From: Dehalococcoidales bacterium
Lineage (GTDB): Bacteria > Chloroflexota > Dehalococcoidia > Dehalococcoidales > RBG-16-60-22
Length of the DNA stretch: 58,743 nt
Direction: 5' to 3'
Assembly (NCBI GenBank): GCA_050014355.1
Contig: JBEKDL010000001.1
Span: 1 to 58,743 of the forward strand
Shown here: positions 24,518 to 32,794 of the stretch, piece after piece
Layout: each line of letters opens with the position of its first letter
How positions within the stretch are numbered: position 1 is the stretch's first letter
Notes under the pieces: generated by a model
The model's input: the letters and a program-made list of their open reading frames with translations, nothing else
Told to the model about the DNA's origin: nothing
The model's database searches: none
Translations under genes and position numbers: made by a program

Positions 24518-25762
24518 ATGAGGATGAATATCCTGTTTGTCCACGAAGTAGACTGGCTGAACAAAGTCGTATTTGATATTCATTCCCTCGCTGATGGGCT
24601 TTCACTGCGCGGCCACCATGTGTTCGCCATAGATTATGAGGACACCTGGAAACAAAAGAACCTCTTTGATTTAGGCAGTCTGAAAACGAGCCAGTTTGAT
24701 GGTATCGCCCGTTCGCTCCCCGGGGCATCTGTGACCTTGATACGCCCGGGGTTTATTAAAATTCCCGCCTTGAGCCGCTTATCAGCTGCTTTTACACACT
24801 ACAAGGAAATCCATAAGACTATCAGGGAAAAGAACATCGAAGTTATTATCCTCTACTCGGTGCCCACCAACGGTCTGCAGACGGTTAGTCTGGCCAGGAA
24901 ATTTAAAATACCGGTGATATTCAGGTCCATCGATATACTTAATATGATGGTGCGCTACCCCGCCCTGCGCCGGATAACTAAATTTCTGGAGAAAAAGGTC
25001 TATTCCAGCGTGGACCTGGTCCTGCCCAATACACCCCAATATCTTAAATATGTCTCCGGCATGGGTGTCCCTGAATCCAGAATCAGACTGCTCCCTTTCC
25101 CGGTAGATACCAGCTTATTCCGTCCCTCGGTCGACTCTTCCGAGGTCCGCCGGAAATGGGACCTCGAAGGAGAAGAGCAGATAATCGTCTTTATCGGCAC
25201 GCTGTTCGAGTTCAGCGGATTGGATGAGTTTCTGTGCCGCTTCCCGGGCGTGCTGAAGGAAGTACCGCAGGCCAGGCTGCTGATTGTCGGAGACGGCCCT
25301 CAACGCTCCAAACTGGAGAGAATCATTGCCGAAATGGGCTTGAAAAACCGGGTAATAATCACCGGCTTTCAGCCTTACCGGACCATGCCGGAGTATATCA
25401 ACCTGGCGGCGGTATGTATTAACACTTTTCGCGTCACCGGCGCCATTATGGATACTTTCCCGTCTAAGATAGTACAGTACGCCGCCTGCGGCAAGGCCAC
25501 GGTAGCCACCCCCTTGCGCGGTATCACTTCCCTGCTGCCCGGCGAATCTCACGGAGTGGTCTATGCCGCAGATGCGGCCGGCATCGTCGGCGAAGTGATT
25601 TCACTTTTAAAGTCAGCCGAAAGGCGCCAGCAGATTGGGCAAAACGGTCTAAACTATGTCAGGGACAATTTCAACTACGAAAAGATTTCCGGGGAGCTGG
25701 AAACAATCCTTGAGGAGGCGATTAGAGAAAAACATCATGAAACAACTTCCCGCCGAAATTAA
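24518..25762 (+). CDS. GT4-family (GT-B) glycosyltransferase
   Basis: N-terminal sugar-transferase domain and a C-terminal block VFIGTL...LLIVGDGP...FPSKIVQYAACGKATVA (EX7E-like region). Confidence 0.8.
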   Translation: MRMNILFVHEVDWLNKVVFDIHSLADGLSLRGHHVFAIDYEDTWKQKNLFDLGSLKTSQFDGIARSLPGASVTLIRPGFIKIPALSRLSAAFTHYKEIHKTIREKNIEVIILYSVPTNGLQTVSLARKFKIPVIFRSIDILNMMVRYPALRRITKFLEKKVYSSVDLVLPNTPQYLKYVSGMGVPESRIRLLPFPVDTSLFRPSVDSSEVRRKWDLEGEEQIIVFIGTLFEFSGLDEFLCRFPGVLKEVPQARLLIVGDGPQRSKLERIIAEMGLKNRVIITGFQPYRTMPEYINLAAVCINTFRVTGAIMDTFPSKIVQYAACGKATVATPLRGITSLLPGESHGVVYAADAAGIVGEVISLLKSAERRQQIGQNGLNYVRDNFNYEKISGELETILEEAIREKHHETTSRRN

Positions 25763-26693
25763 AGGCAAGAAAGTCCTCGTTACCGGCGGCGCTGGTTTTA
25801 TCGGTTCGCATATCGTGGATAGCCTGTCGCCGGAAAACCAAGTGGTTGTCCTGGATAACCTGTTCACCGGTTCGCCCGCCAACCTGGCCGGGAGCAAAGA
25901 CAGGATTAAATTTATCAATGGAGACGTGCGTGACAAACAGTTGGTCAAAGATATCATCGCAGATGGGATTGAGTTCGTCTTTCACCTGGCGGCCCACGCA
26001 AACGTAATCAGGTCGATTGCCGACCCCTACACGGACATGGACATCAATATCCGTGGCACGCTCAATGTTCTGGAAGCCTGCCGTTCCTCCAGAGTAAAGC
26101 GGCTGGTCTATGTCAGCTCGGCGGCGGTCTACGGCGAAGCCAAACACCTCCCCATCGATGAAGAACATCCCCTTAATCCGGAGTCGCCTTACGCCGTCAG
26201 CAAGATGACCGCGGAAAAATACTGCCTCGTATATCATAAGGTGTTCGGTGTTCCCGCTGCCGTGGTCAGGTGCTTCAATATCTACGGCCCGCGGCAGAAC
26301 ACCGGCGCATACGCCAACGCCATTTCCATTTTTCTCGCTAAAGTCAAAAAAGACGAGCCCATCACTATCTACGGTGACGGCGAGCAGACACGGGACTTCG
26401 TCTTCATCGGCGACGCGGTTGCCGGCATTCTCTTGGCCGCCACCCGTCCGGCCTCGGTGGGCGGGGTCTTTAATATCGCCAACGGCGCGGCCACCAGTAT
26501 CAACCGGCTGGTTGAAATCATCCATAAAACCACGGGGCGGCAAGTCCAGGTCATCCATGCTGCCGCCAAGGCCGGGGAAATCAGGCACAGCTTCGCCAGT
26601 ATTGACAGGGCGGTGAAAGCGCTCGGCTACCGCCCTGGCACCGACCTTGAAAACGGCATTGCAGCGACATGGAGGGGATTAAATAAGGGTTGA
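25737..26693 (+). CDS. NAD-dependent nucleotide-sugar epimerase/dehydratase (extended SDR)
   Basis: VLVTGGAGFIGSH and YAVSKMTAE (YxxxK). ATG 25737 overlaps the end of the preceding GT4 gene. Confidence 0.85.
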   Translation: MKQLPAEIKGKKVLVTGGAGFIGSHIVDSLSPENQVVVLDNLFTGSPANLAGSKDRIKFINGDVRDKQLVKDIIADGIEFVFHLAAHANVIRSIADPYTDMDINIRGTLNVLEACRSSRVKRLVYVSSAAVYGEAKHLPIDEEHPLNPESPYAVSKMTAEKYCLVYHKVFGVPAAVVRCFNIYGPRQNTGAYANAISIFLAKVKKDEPITIYGDGEQTRDFVFIGDAVAGILLAATRPASVGGVFNIANGAATSINRLVEIIHKTTGRQVQVIHAAAKAGEIRHSFASIDRAVKALGYRPGTDLENGIAATWRGLNKG

Positions 26694-26755
26694 AGAGATA
26701 TGAGAATGTGAAGCGAAAATGTACTGTATTTGCTTATTCTTTTTCGCCTAGCCCA

Positions 26756-27886
26756 CTATTGATTGCCACGCTGTAATAAAACCGCTTGATACACCTCATT
26801 CATCTGTTCGGCTATTTTAGCCCAGCTATACTGCTGCGCCAGGTTTTTTCTCTGGTCTCGGAATAGTTCTTTTTTATCGTCTTTTATTATATTAAGCATG
26901 GCCTCGGCCAGTTTTTCCTCGTCATAAGGAACACTCACGCCATATTCATTGCGGACAATATCCTTCAACCCGCATCTATCGGTAACGACGACCGGCGTGC
27001 CGCAGGCCAGCGCTTCCAATACCGTTATCCCGAATATTTCATATTGTGAAGGCAGCACATATACGTCGGCGTCGGTATATAGTCTCAATTTATCCAAGCC
27101 GTAAACCGCCCCGGTGTAAAGTGTCCTGCCGGCAATACCCAGCTTTTCCGTCAAGGCCGTAAACTTATTCTTGTACCCATCGTCATATCCGGCAATGACG
27201 AGAGTAATTTGCGGCTCGCCCAGCCGGGCAAAAGCTCTGGCCAGCAGTTCAAGGCCTTTTATCTCGTGTATCCTGCCCAGGTAGAGCACGATTTTTTGGT
27301 CAGGCTTGATATTAAACTGTTTTCTGAATTCGCCTCTCGGCGGCAGGTTTCTGAACTCCTCCTGGTCAATGCCGTTGGGCACGGTGACTATTTTTTCCCG
27401 GATGCTGCCCATGTCCTGGTATTGTTTCACCTCTGTGTCCGACACGGCAATTAGCCTGTCGGCGCGGCGCATGATGTTTTTGTTCCACGCTATATCAGTC
27501 ATCTGCTTAAACACCTTCTTGGGCCGTGCAATAAGCATCGAGCCGTGGGCCTGCATCACGTAAGGAATGTCAGCCCTGCGGGCAAGCCAAGAAACGCACA
27601 CGTTGAGGAATGTCCTGAAGTTGTGCAGATGAATTATGTCATAGTCCTTAACATCAGCCGTTAACAGACCGGGTGTGATTCTATAACCATAGATGTTGAC
27701 CAGAGTCTTAAACTTGACCAGTTCTACCCCTTCAGGCGGTCCCTGGTCTTTAGCATCCCAGTCGCTGGCATAGATAGTAACGCTGTTTCCCTGTTTGGCC
27801 TGCTCCCTCGCCAGATGAAACGGTACTTTGGCCGAGCCCCCGGCTCTTGCCTGTGAAATGAGGTCTATAACGTGCAGAATTTTCAA
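26756..27886 (-). CDS. GT4-family glycosyltransferase
   Basis: MKILHVID..., GRIHEIKG, and LPSQYEIFGITVLEALACGTPVVVTD (EX7E motif). TTG start. Confidence 0.8.
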   Translation of the reverse strand: MKILHVIDLISQARAGGSAKVPFHLAREQAKQGNSVTIYASDWDAKDQGPPEGVELVKFKTLVNIYGYRITPGLLTADVKDYDIIHLHNFRTFLNVCVSWLARRADIPYVMQAHGSMLIARPKKVFKQMTDIAWNKNIMRRADRLIAVSDTEVKQYQDMGSIREKIVTVPNGIDQEEFRNLPPRGEFRKQFNIKPDQKIVLYLGRIHEIKGLELLARAFARLGEPQITLVIAGYDDGYKNKFTALTEKLGIAGRTLYTGAVYGLDKLRLYTDADVYVLPSQYEIFGITVLEALACGTPVVVTDRCGLKDIVRNEYGVSVPYDEEKLAEAMLNIIKDDKKELFRDQRKNLAQQYSWAKIAEQMNEVYQAVLLQRGNQ

Positions 27887-28030
27887 CTCTATTTCCTGTT
27901 AGTCACAGCTAAATGACATCGCACCTGATTACACGCCAGCACAACCATAGACAGTTCATTAAGCATCTTGCAGTCATTATATCCAGTTTCGTAGTTTGAG
28001 ACAATATTGACCTAAGGCGGAACCTGCGGA

Positions 28031-28059
28031 TTGATTAGGGGCTATTAATATTGTAAGAT
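28031..28059 (+). promoter_or_regulatory. Candidate promoter for the 28097-31583 sugar-nucleotide operon
   Basis: TTGATT, a 17-nt spacer, then TAAGAT. Confidence 0.35.
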
Positions 28060-28096
28060 ATAAGCGAGTTTTGAAGCACAGCACGGAGAATAGCAG

Positions 28097-29044
28097 ATGA
28101 AGGTTCTTGTTGTCGGAGGTGCCGGCTATGTCGGCGGTGCTATCACCGATTTGCTGATGGAAAGCGAGTATCAGGCCCGCGTCTATGATGCGCTGCTATA
28201 TGAAGAATGCTACCGCAAGCCCGTAGACTTTGTATATGGAGACGTACGCGACCTCGATAGATTGCAGCCGCAGCTGGACTGGGCTGATGTCACGGTGTGG
28301 CTGGCCGCCCTGGTCGGCGACCCGGCCTGCGCCCTTAATCCGGATGTAAGCATAGCCATCAACCAGGAATCGGTCAAGTGGCTGGCCGGGCACTTTGACG
28401 GCCGTATTGTATTCCTATCTACCTGCTCGGTATACGGTGCCAGGGACGGAGTCCTGGACGAATCATCACCGACCAACCCGCTCTCCGTTTACGCCGCCAC
28501 CAAACTCGAAGCGGAACGCAGCCTGGCAGATAAAAATGCAATTATCTTCCGTCTCGGCACGCTATTCGGCGTCGGCGACGTTTTTTCCCGTATCCGCCTC
28601 GACCTGGTGGTCAATACCCTGGCCGTCAGAGCGCATAACCTTGGCAAAATCTCCGTTTTTGGCGGCGACCAGTTCCGTCCCCTCTTACACGTGCGCGATG
28701 CGGCCCAGACTGTCGTCGATAACCTGGCCACCGCGCATACTGGAATTTTCAACCTGCATAAGCAAAATGTACGTATTATCGACCTGGCTTACCAGGTACG
28801 TAACCACTACCCGGACCTCATCATCGAGCATGTCAACCGGACTTTCGAGGACACGCGCAACTACCGAGTCAGCAGCGATAAGGCTAAAAAAGTGCTGGGG
28901 TTCAATCCAACGCGCTCCATTGATGAAGGCATAGAGGAAATTAAGTTTCTCCTTGACTGCGGGCGGTTGAAGGACACCGATAACCCGCGCTATACCAATC
29001 AGAAGTTCCTCTCGATGTTTAACACTCACCTCCTGGGTTATTAA
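28097..29044 (+). CDS. NAD-dependent epimerase/dehydratase (extended SDR)
   Basis: VLVVGGAGYVGG Rossmann motif and YAATKLEAE (YxxxK). Confidence 0.8.
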   Translation: MKVLVVGGAGYVGGAITDLLMESEYQARVYDALLYEECYRKPVDFVYGDVRDLDRLQPQLDWADVTVWLAALVGDPACALNPDVSIAINQESVKWLAGHFDGRIVFLSTCSVYGARDGVLDESSPTNPLSVYAATKLEAERSLADKNAIIFRLGTLFGVGDVFSRIRLDLVVNTLAVRAHNLGKISVFGGDQFRPLLHVRDAAQTVVDNLATAHTGIFNLHKQNVRIIDLAYQVRNHYPDLIIEHVNRTFEDTRNYRVSSDKAKKVLGFNPTRSIDEGIEEIKFLLDCGRLKDTDNPRYTNQKFLSMFNTHLLGY

Positions 29045-29045
29045 A

Positions 29046-29510
29046 ATGGCAGTGCAGGATAAAAAAGAAAAGGATAGCATCCGGTTGATAGAAGGCGGGC
29101 TGGCGGTCGATGACCGCGGCGCGGTAGGCTTCGTTAACGACTTCGATTTCAACGGCGTGAAACGTTTTTATATGGTGACTAACCACCGGGCCGGTTTTGT
29201 GCGCGCCTGGCACGCGCACCGCCGTGAAGCGAAATACATCACCGTCCTCCGGGGTTCTGCCGTCGTCGGCGCGGTTAAAATAGATAACTGGGAAAACCCC
29301 TCCCGTAACAGCACGGTAAGCCGCTATGTGCTTACCGCCCAAAAACCATCCGTCCTCTACATTCCGGCGGGACATGCCAACGGCCTCATGTCGCTTACCG
29401 ATGACACTATCATCGTTGTTTTCTCTACCGCCACCGTCGAGGAATCACGCAATGACGATTTCCGCTATGATGCCCGCTACTGGGACATCTGGCAGGTTAT
29501 CGAGCGATAA
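29046..29510 (+). CDS. RmlC-like cupin (sugar 3,5-epimerase / ketoisomerase-related)
   Basis: DDRGAV...VRAWHAHRREAKYITVLRGS...LYIPAGHANG is typical of small cupin sugar epimerase/isomerase proteins. Confidence 0.6.
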   Translation: MAVQDKKEKDSIRLIEGGLAVDDRGAVGFVNDFDFNGVKRFYMVTNHRAGFVRAWHAHRREAKYITVLRGSAVVGAVKIDNWENPSRNSTVSRYVLTAQKPSVLYIPAGHANGLMSLTDDTIIVVFSTATVEESRNDDFRYDARYWDIWQVIER

Positions 29511-29532
29511 ACCTATACCAGCGTAGAAAGAA

Positions 29533-30456
29533 ATGACCAGGAAAGTGATTGTCCTCGGCAGTTCGGGCATGCTGGGGTCGATGGTCGTTGACGACCTCTC
29601 CCGGGACCCCGAAATTAAACTCGCGGCTACGGTGCGTACCGCCGCGCTGAAAGCGAAATGCGCCCGTAAAATCCCCAACGTCAGCTGGCTCATTTTTGAC
29701 GCCAATGCACCCGACGCAGAGAAGGCTTTAAAAGTCATCGATGGATACGACTGGGTGATAAACGCCATCGGTATCACCAAACCGCTGGTCCATGATGACA
29801 ACGCCTTCGAGGTGGAGATGGCGATTAAAATAAACTCACTGCTGCCCCACCAGCTCGCCCGCCAAGCCGAGTCGAGCGGAGCCAGGGTGATACAAATTGC
29901 CTCCGACTGCGTTTTTTCCGGGAAAAAAGGGAAATACGTGGAGAGTGGCGAGTTCGACCCGCTCGATGTCTACGGCAAGACCAAGAGCCTGGGCGAAGTA
30001 CCGTCCCCCGGCGTTTATCACCTCCGCTGCTCCATCATTGGCCCGGAGCCGAAAGAGCACAAGTTCCTCCTCGACTGGTTCCTGGGCCAACCGAAGAACG
30101 CCAGGGTAAACGGTTTCATAAATCACCGCTGGAACGGGATTGCCACGCTGCATTTTTCCCGGCTGTGCCATGGTATCATCGCCAGTGATTTAAAGTTGAC
30201 GCATGTCCAGCATATCGTTCCCACCGGAGAAGTCACCAAATGCGAGTTGCTTGAGCAATTTGCCAGATATTTTCATCGTGAAGATGTTACCATTACCCCC
30301 GTTAAGACCCCGGTGGTGGTTGACCGGACTCTCAAGACGACTGATGAAGCATTGAATCTCGCCATATGGTCTGCGGCCGGCTATCGCCAGCCACCATCCG
30401 TGCCGGAGATGGTCGCCGAGCTGGCCAGCTTCGACTACCGGCTGAACGGGTTGTAA
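29533..30456 (+). CDS. RmlD-like NAD(P)H-dependent 4-keto-sugar reductase (SDR)
   Basis: VIVLGSSGMLGS Rossmann motif and YGKTKSLGE (YxxxK). Length and order resemble dTDP-4-dehydrorhamnose reductase-type proteins. Confidence 0.65.
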   Translation: MTRKVIVLGSSGMLGSMVVDDLSRDPEIKLAATVRTAALKAKCARKIPNVSWLIFDANAPDAEKALKVIDGYDWVINAIGITKPLVHDDNAFEVEMAIKINSLLPHQLARQAESSGARVIQIASDCVFSGKKGKYVESGEFDPLDVYGKTKSLGEVPSPGVYHLRCSIIGPEPKEHKFLLDWFLGQPKNARVNGFINHRWNGIATLHFSRLCHGIIASDLKLTHVQHIVPTGEVTKCELLEQFARYFHREDVTITPVKTPVVVDRTLKTTDEALNLAIWSAAGYRQPPSVPEMVAELASFDYRLNGL

Positions 30457-30482
30457 AAAATACCACCAGAAGAGGTGCGTCC

Positions 30483-31583
30483 GTGAAAGTAATGACTATC
30501 CTGGGCACTCGCCCGGAAATTATCCGCCTTAGCCTTATTATTCCCAAGCTGGACAAATACTGTGACCACGTTTTAGTCCATACCGGGCAAAACTACGACT
30601 TCAAACTCGATAAAATCTTTTTCCGGCAGCTGGGCGTGCGCGAGCCCGATTATTATCTGGGTGCCAAAGGCACTTTCGGCGAGCAAATCGGGACGATACT
30701 GGCCGGGAGCGAAAAAATAATGGCGACCGAAAAACCGGACCGTTTCCTGGTGCTGGGCGATACGAATAGCAGCCTGGCCGCGATTATGGCCAAGCGGCTC
30801 GCGATTCCCGTCTATCATATGGAGGCCGGCAACCGCTGCTATGACGACCGGGTGCCCGAAGAGGTCAACCGGCGCATTATCGACCATTCGAGCGACATCC
30901 TCCTGCCTTACACCGAACGCAGCCGCGCTAACCTGCTGCGGGAGGGCATCCCCGGCGAGCGCATCTACGTCACGGGCAACCCGATATTTGAAGTTATCCA
31001 GCACTACAAAAAACAGATTGGCCGGTCGAAAATATTGGCCGAACTCGGTCTGGAAGCCGGGAGGTATTTCCTGGTAACGATGCACCGGGCGGAGAATGTC
31101 GACCGTGAAAGCAGGCTAAAAGACCTGCTCGTAAGCCTGGACAGGATTAACAAGCAGTACAAGGTGCCGGTTATCTGCAGCCTGCACCCCAGGACGAAAA
31201 ATCGGAAAGAGCAATTCGGCATCAAAGTGCTTAATAAAAATATCCGCCTGCTGGAGCCATTCGGCTTTTTCGACTTCATTGCGCTGGAAAAAAGTGCGCT
31301 CTGCGTGCTTACGGATAGCGGAACAGTTCAGGAAGAGACCTGCATCCTGGGTGTGCCGGCGATTACCATCAGGGATGTGACCGAAAGACCCGAGACCATC
31401 GAAAGCGGCAGCAATATGCTCACCAGTGTCATTCCTGACCTGATTTTAAATTCGATAAAAGTCGTGCTGAACGATAAAAGTAGCTGGAAACCCCCGGTTG
31501 AATACCTGGATACCAACGTTTCGTCGAAAGTAATCAGGATTGTCTTGGGATACCGGTCCAGCCGGCAGTTAGAAAGCGCCTGA
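30483..31583 (+). CDS. wecB: UDP-N-acetylglucosamine 2-epimerase family (non-hydrolysing; FnlC/Cap5G-like paralogue)
   Basis: ILGTRPEIIRL, HTGQNYD, GDTNS, HMEAGNRCYDDRVPEE and VTGNPI. GTG 30483 lies 7 nt after AGAGGTG; an alternative ATG is at 30492. Confidence 0.85.
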   Translation: MKVMTILGTRPEIIRLSLIIPKLDKYCDHVLVHTGQNYDFKLDKIFFRQLGVREPDYYLGAKGTFGEQIGTILAGSEKIMATEKPDRFLVLGDTNSSLAAIMAKRLAIPVYHMEAGNRCYDDRVPEEVNRRIIDHSSDILLPYTERSRANLLREGIPGERIYVTGNPIFEVIQHYKKQIGRSKILAELGLEAGRYFLVTMHRAENVDRESRLKDLLVSLDRINKQYKVPVICSLHPRTKNRKEQFGIKVLNKNIRLLEPFGFFDFIALEKSALCVLTDSGTVQEETCILGVPAITIRDVTERPETIESGSNMLTSVIPDLILNSIKVVLNDKSSWKPPVEYLDTNVSSKVIRIVLGYRSSRQLESA

Positions 31584-31707
31584 TATTGAATGCAGCCGGC
31601 CACTGCCGGAGACCTGAAAGAAGAAGTCTTCCGTACCCGGGAATACGTGTTTGTGCAAACCTGACCTTTTAGCAGATGACGCTTGGACTAACTGGCAGGT
31701 AGTATGT

Positions 31708-32643
31708 TTAAGAAGTTGATGACTCGCCGTCAAGTTCAAACAACGGATATGAGCGCTTTCTGATTTCAGCACAAATAAAGGTCTCAATGTTTGTTACGCC
31801 ATCAATTCTAGCAATTTTCTCTACAATAAACTTGTACAACATTTCAGGATTTTGTAAATGAACACCAGCCAGAATTTCAAAACCGCTCATTAAAGTCATA
31901 ATCAGGTGTACTTCAGGATAAACCCCAAGTTCAGCACAGATAGCATTGACTTTATTCAAATCAGCCCGGAGAACAATATAAGCATTAGCCAGATAACCCA
32001 GTTTAGTAGGATTACGGATTGCCGAAATTTTTATGATGTCTTCTTTTTTTAAACGGGCTACTCTTCGAGACACAGTAGCCAGGCTGATTTCCAGTTTACG
32101 GGCCAACTCCGCGTAGTTTGCGCGCCCGTTCCTTTCCAATTCTTCAATGATAGTTTGGTCAATTTCATCAATCGAGGCAGATTTATTGATGCTTGAGCCG
32201 TATTTGAATAAAGGATTATATAATTTTTTGTTTTCTATGATAGGAAAGGCATCTATTTTATTTATTCCCTCAATCTTGGGGAGTTCTCGAGTAATATAGT
32301 CCTGTAACATTTCCCAAGTGGGGAAATCTGCCAGAAGGATAACATCGAACCTGCCAAACGTACTGACTACAAGGCTGATATTATGGTTATTAACGAATTG
32401 GGCACATACCTGGTCCACTTTGGTGAGATCAACATCTAGAGTGATTAAAGCATGGGCGTTATACGCTAGCTTAAATGGATTAAGCACCGCTCTGATTGAG
32501 ATTACGTCTTCCTTAATCATTTTTTCGATTCTTTTCGTAACCGTGGCTACGTTAATCCCGAGGTCTTTAGCTAAACCAGTATAGCTATAACGTCCATCGC
32601 TTTTAAGTGCGGCTATTATCTGGCGGTTGATATTATCAATCAT
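31708..32643 (-). CDS. Fused tandem Lrp/AsnC-family transcriptional regulator (two HTH and two RAM modules)
   Basis: Two successive copies of the pattern [I..L..(D/N)GR.(S/N)Y..LA..L.(I)..ATV..R(I/V)..(M/L)..(E)D(V/I)I], each followed by an effector-type domain. Confidence 0.8.
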   Translation of the reverse strand: MIDNINRQIIAALKSDGRYSYTGLAKDLGINVATVTKRIEKMIKEDVISIRAVLNPFKLAYNAHALITLDVDLTKVDQVCAQFVNNHNISLVVSTFGRFDVILLADFPTWEMLQDYITRELPKIEGINKIDAFPIIENKKLYNPLFKYGSSINKSASIDEIDQTIIEELERNGRANYAELARKLEISLATVSRRVARLKKEDIIKISAIRNPTKLGYLANAYIVLRADLNKVNAICAELGVYPEVHLIMTLMSGFEILAGVHLQNPEMLYKFIVEKIARIDGVTNIETFICAEIRKRSYPLFELDGESSTS

Positions 32644-32650
32644 TTGTTAT

Positions 32651-32679
32651 ATTATACAATCAATGTATAATACTGTCAA
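32651..32679 (-). promoter_or_regulatory. Consensus sigma70 promoter giving a leaderless AsnC-regulator mRNA
   Basis: The minus strand reads TTGACA (32679-32674), a 17-nt spacer, then TATAAT (32656-32651). Only 7 nt (ATAACAA) separate it from the ATG at 32643, and there is no SD. Confidence 0.6.
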
Positions 32680-32699
32680 AATTATTTAGGAATAGTATG

Positions 32700-32727
32700 T
32701 TGAAATACCGTAATTATGTGGTATAAT
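32700..32727 (+). promoter_or_regulatory. Extended -10 promoter of the URO-D/molybdoenzyme operon
   Basis: TTGAAA, a 16-nt spacer, then TGgTATAAT (TATAAT at 32722-32727). Confidence 0.55.
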
Positions 32728-32730
32728 GCA

Positions 32731-32770
32731 ATATATTATTATATATTATGAATATTATTAATATATTATT
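32731..32770. repeat. Four tandem ~10-bp ATATATTATT repeats (candidate operator)
   Basis: atatattatt / atatattatg / aatattatta / atatattatt lie immediately downstream of the -10 and upstream of the RBS at 32787. Confidence 0.7.
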
Positions 32771-32794
32771 GCATATCATGCGATAAATAGGAAA

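Noticed and set aside
25722-26588. 288-aa minus-strand ORF
   Set aside because: It is antisense to the SDR epimerase gene, which has clear GxxGxxG and YxxxK motifs. Its composition is typical of shadow ORFs.
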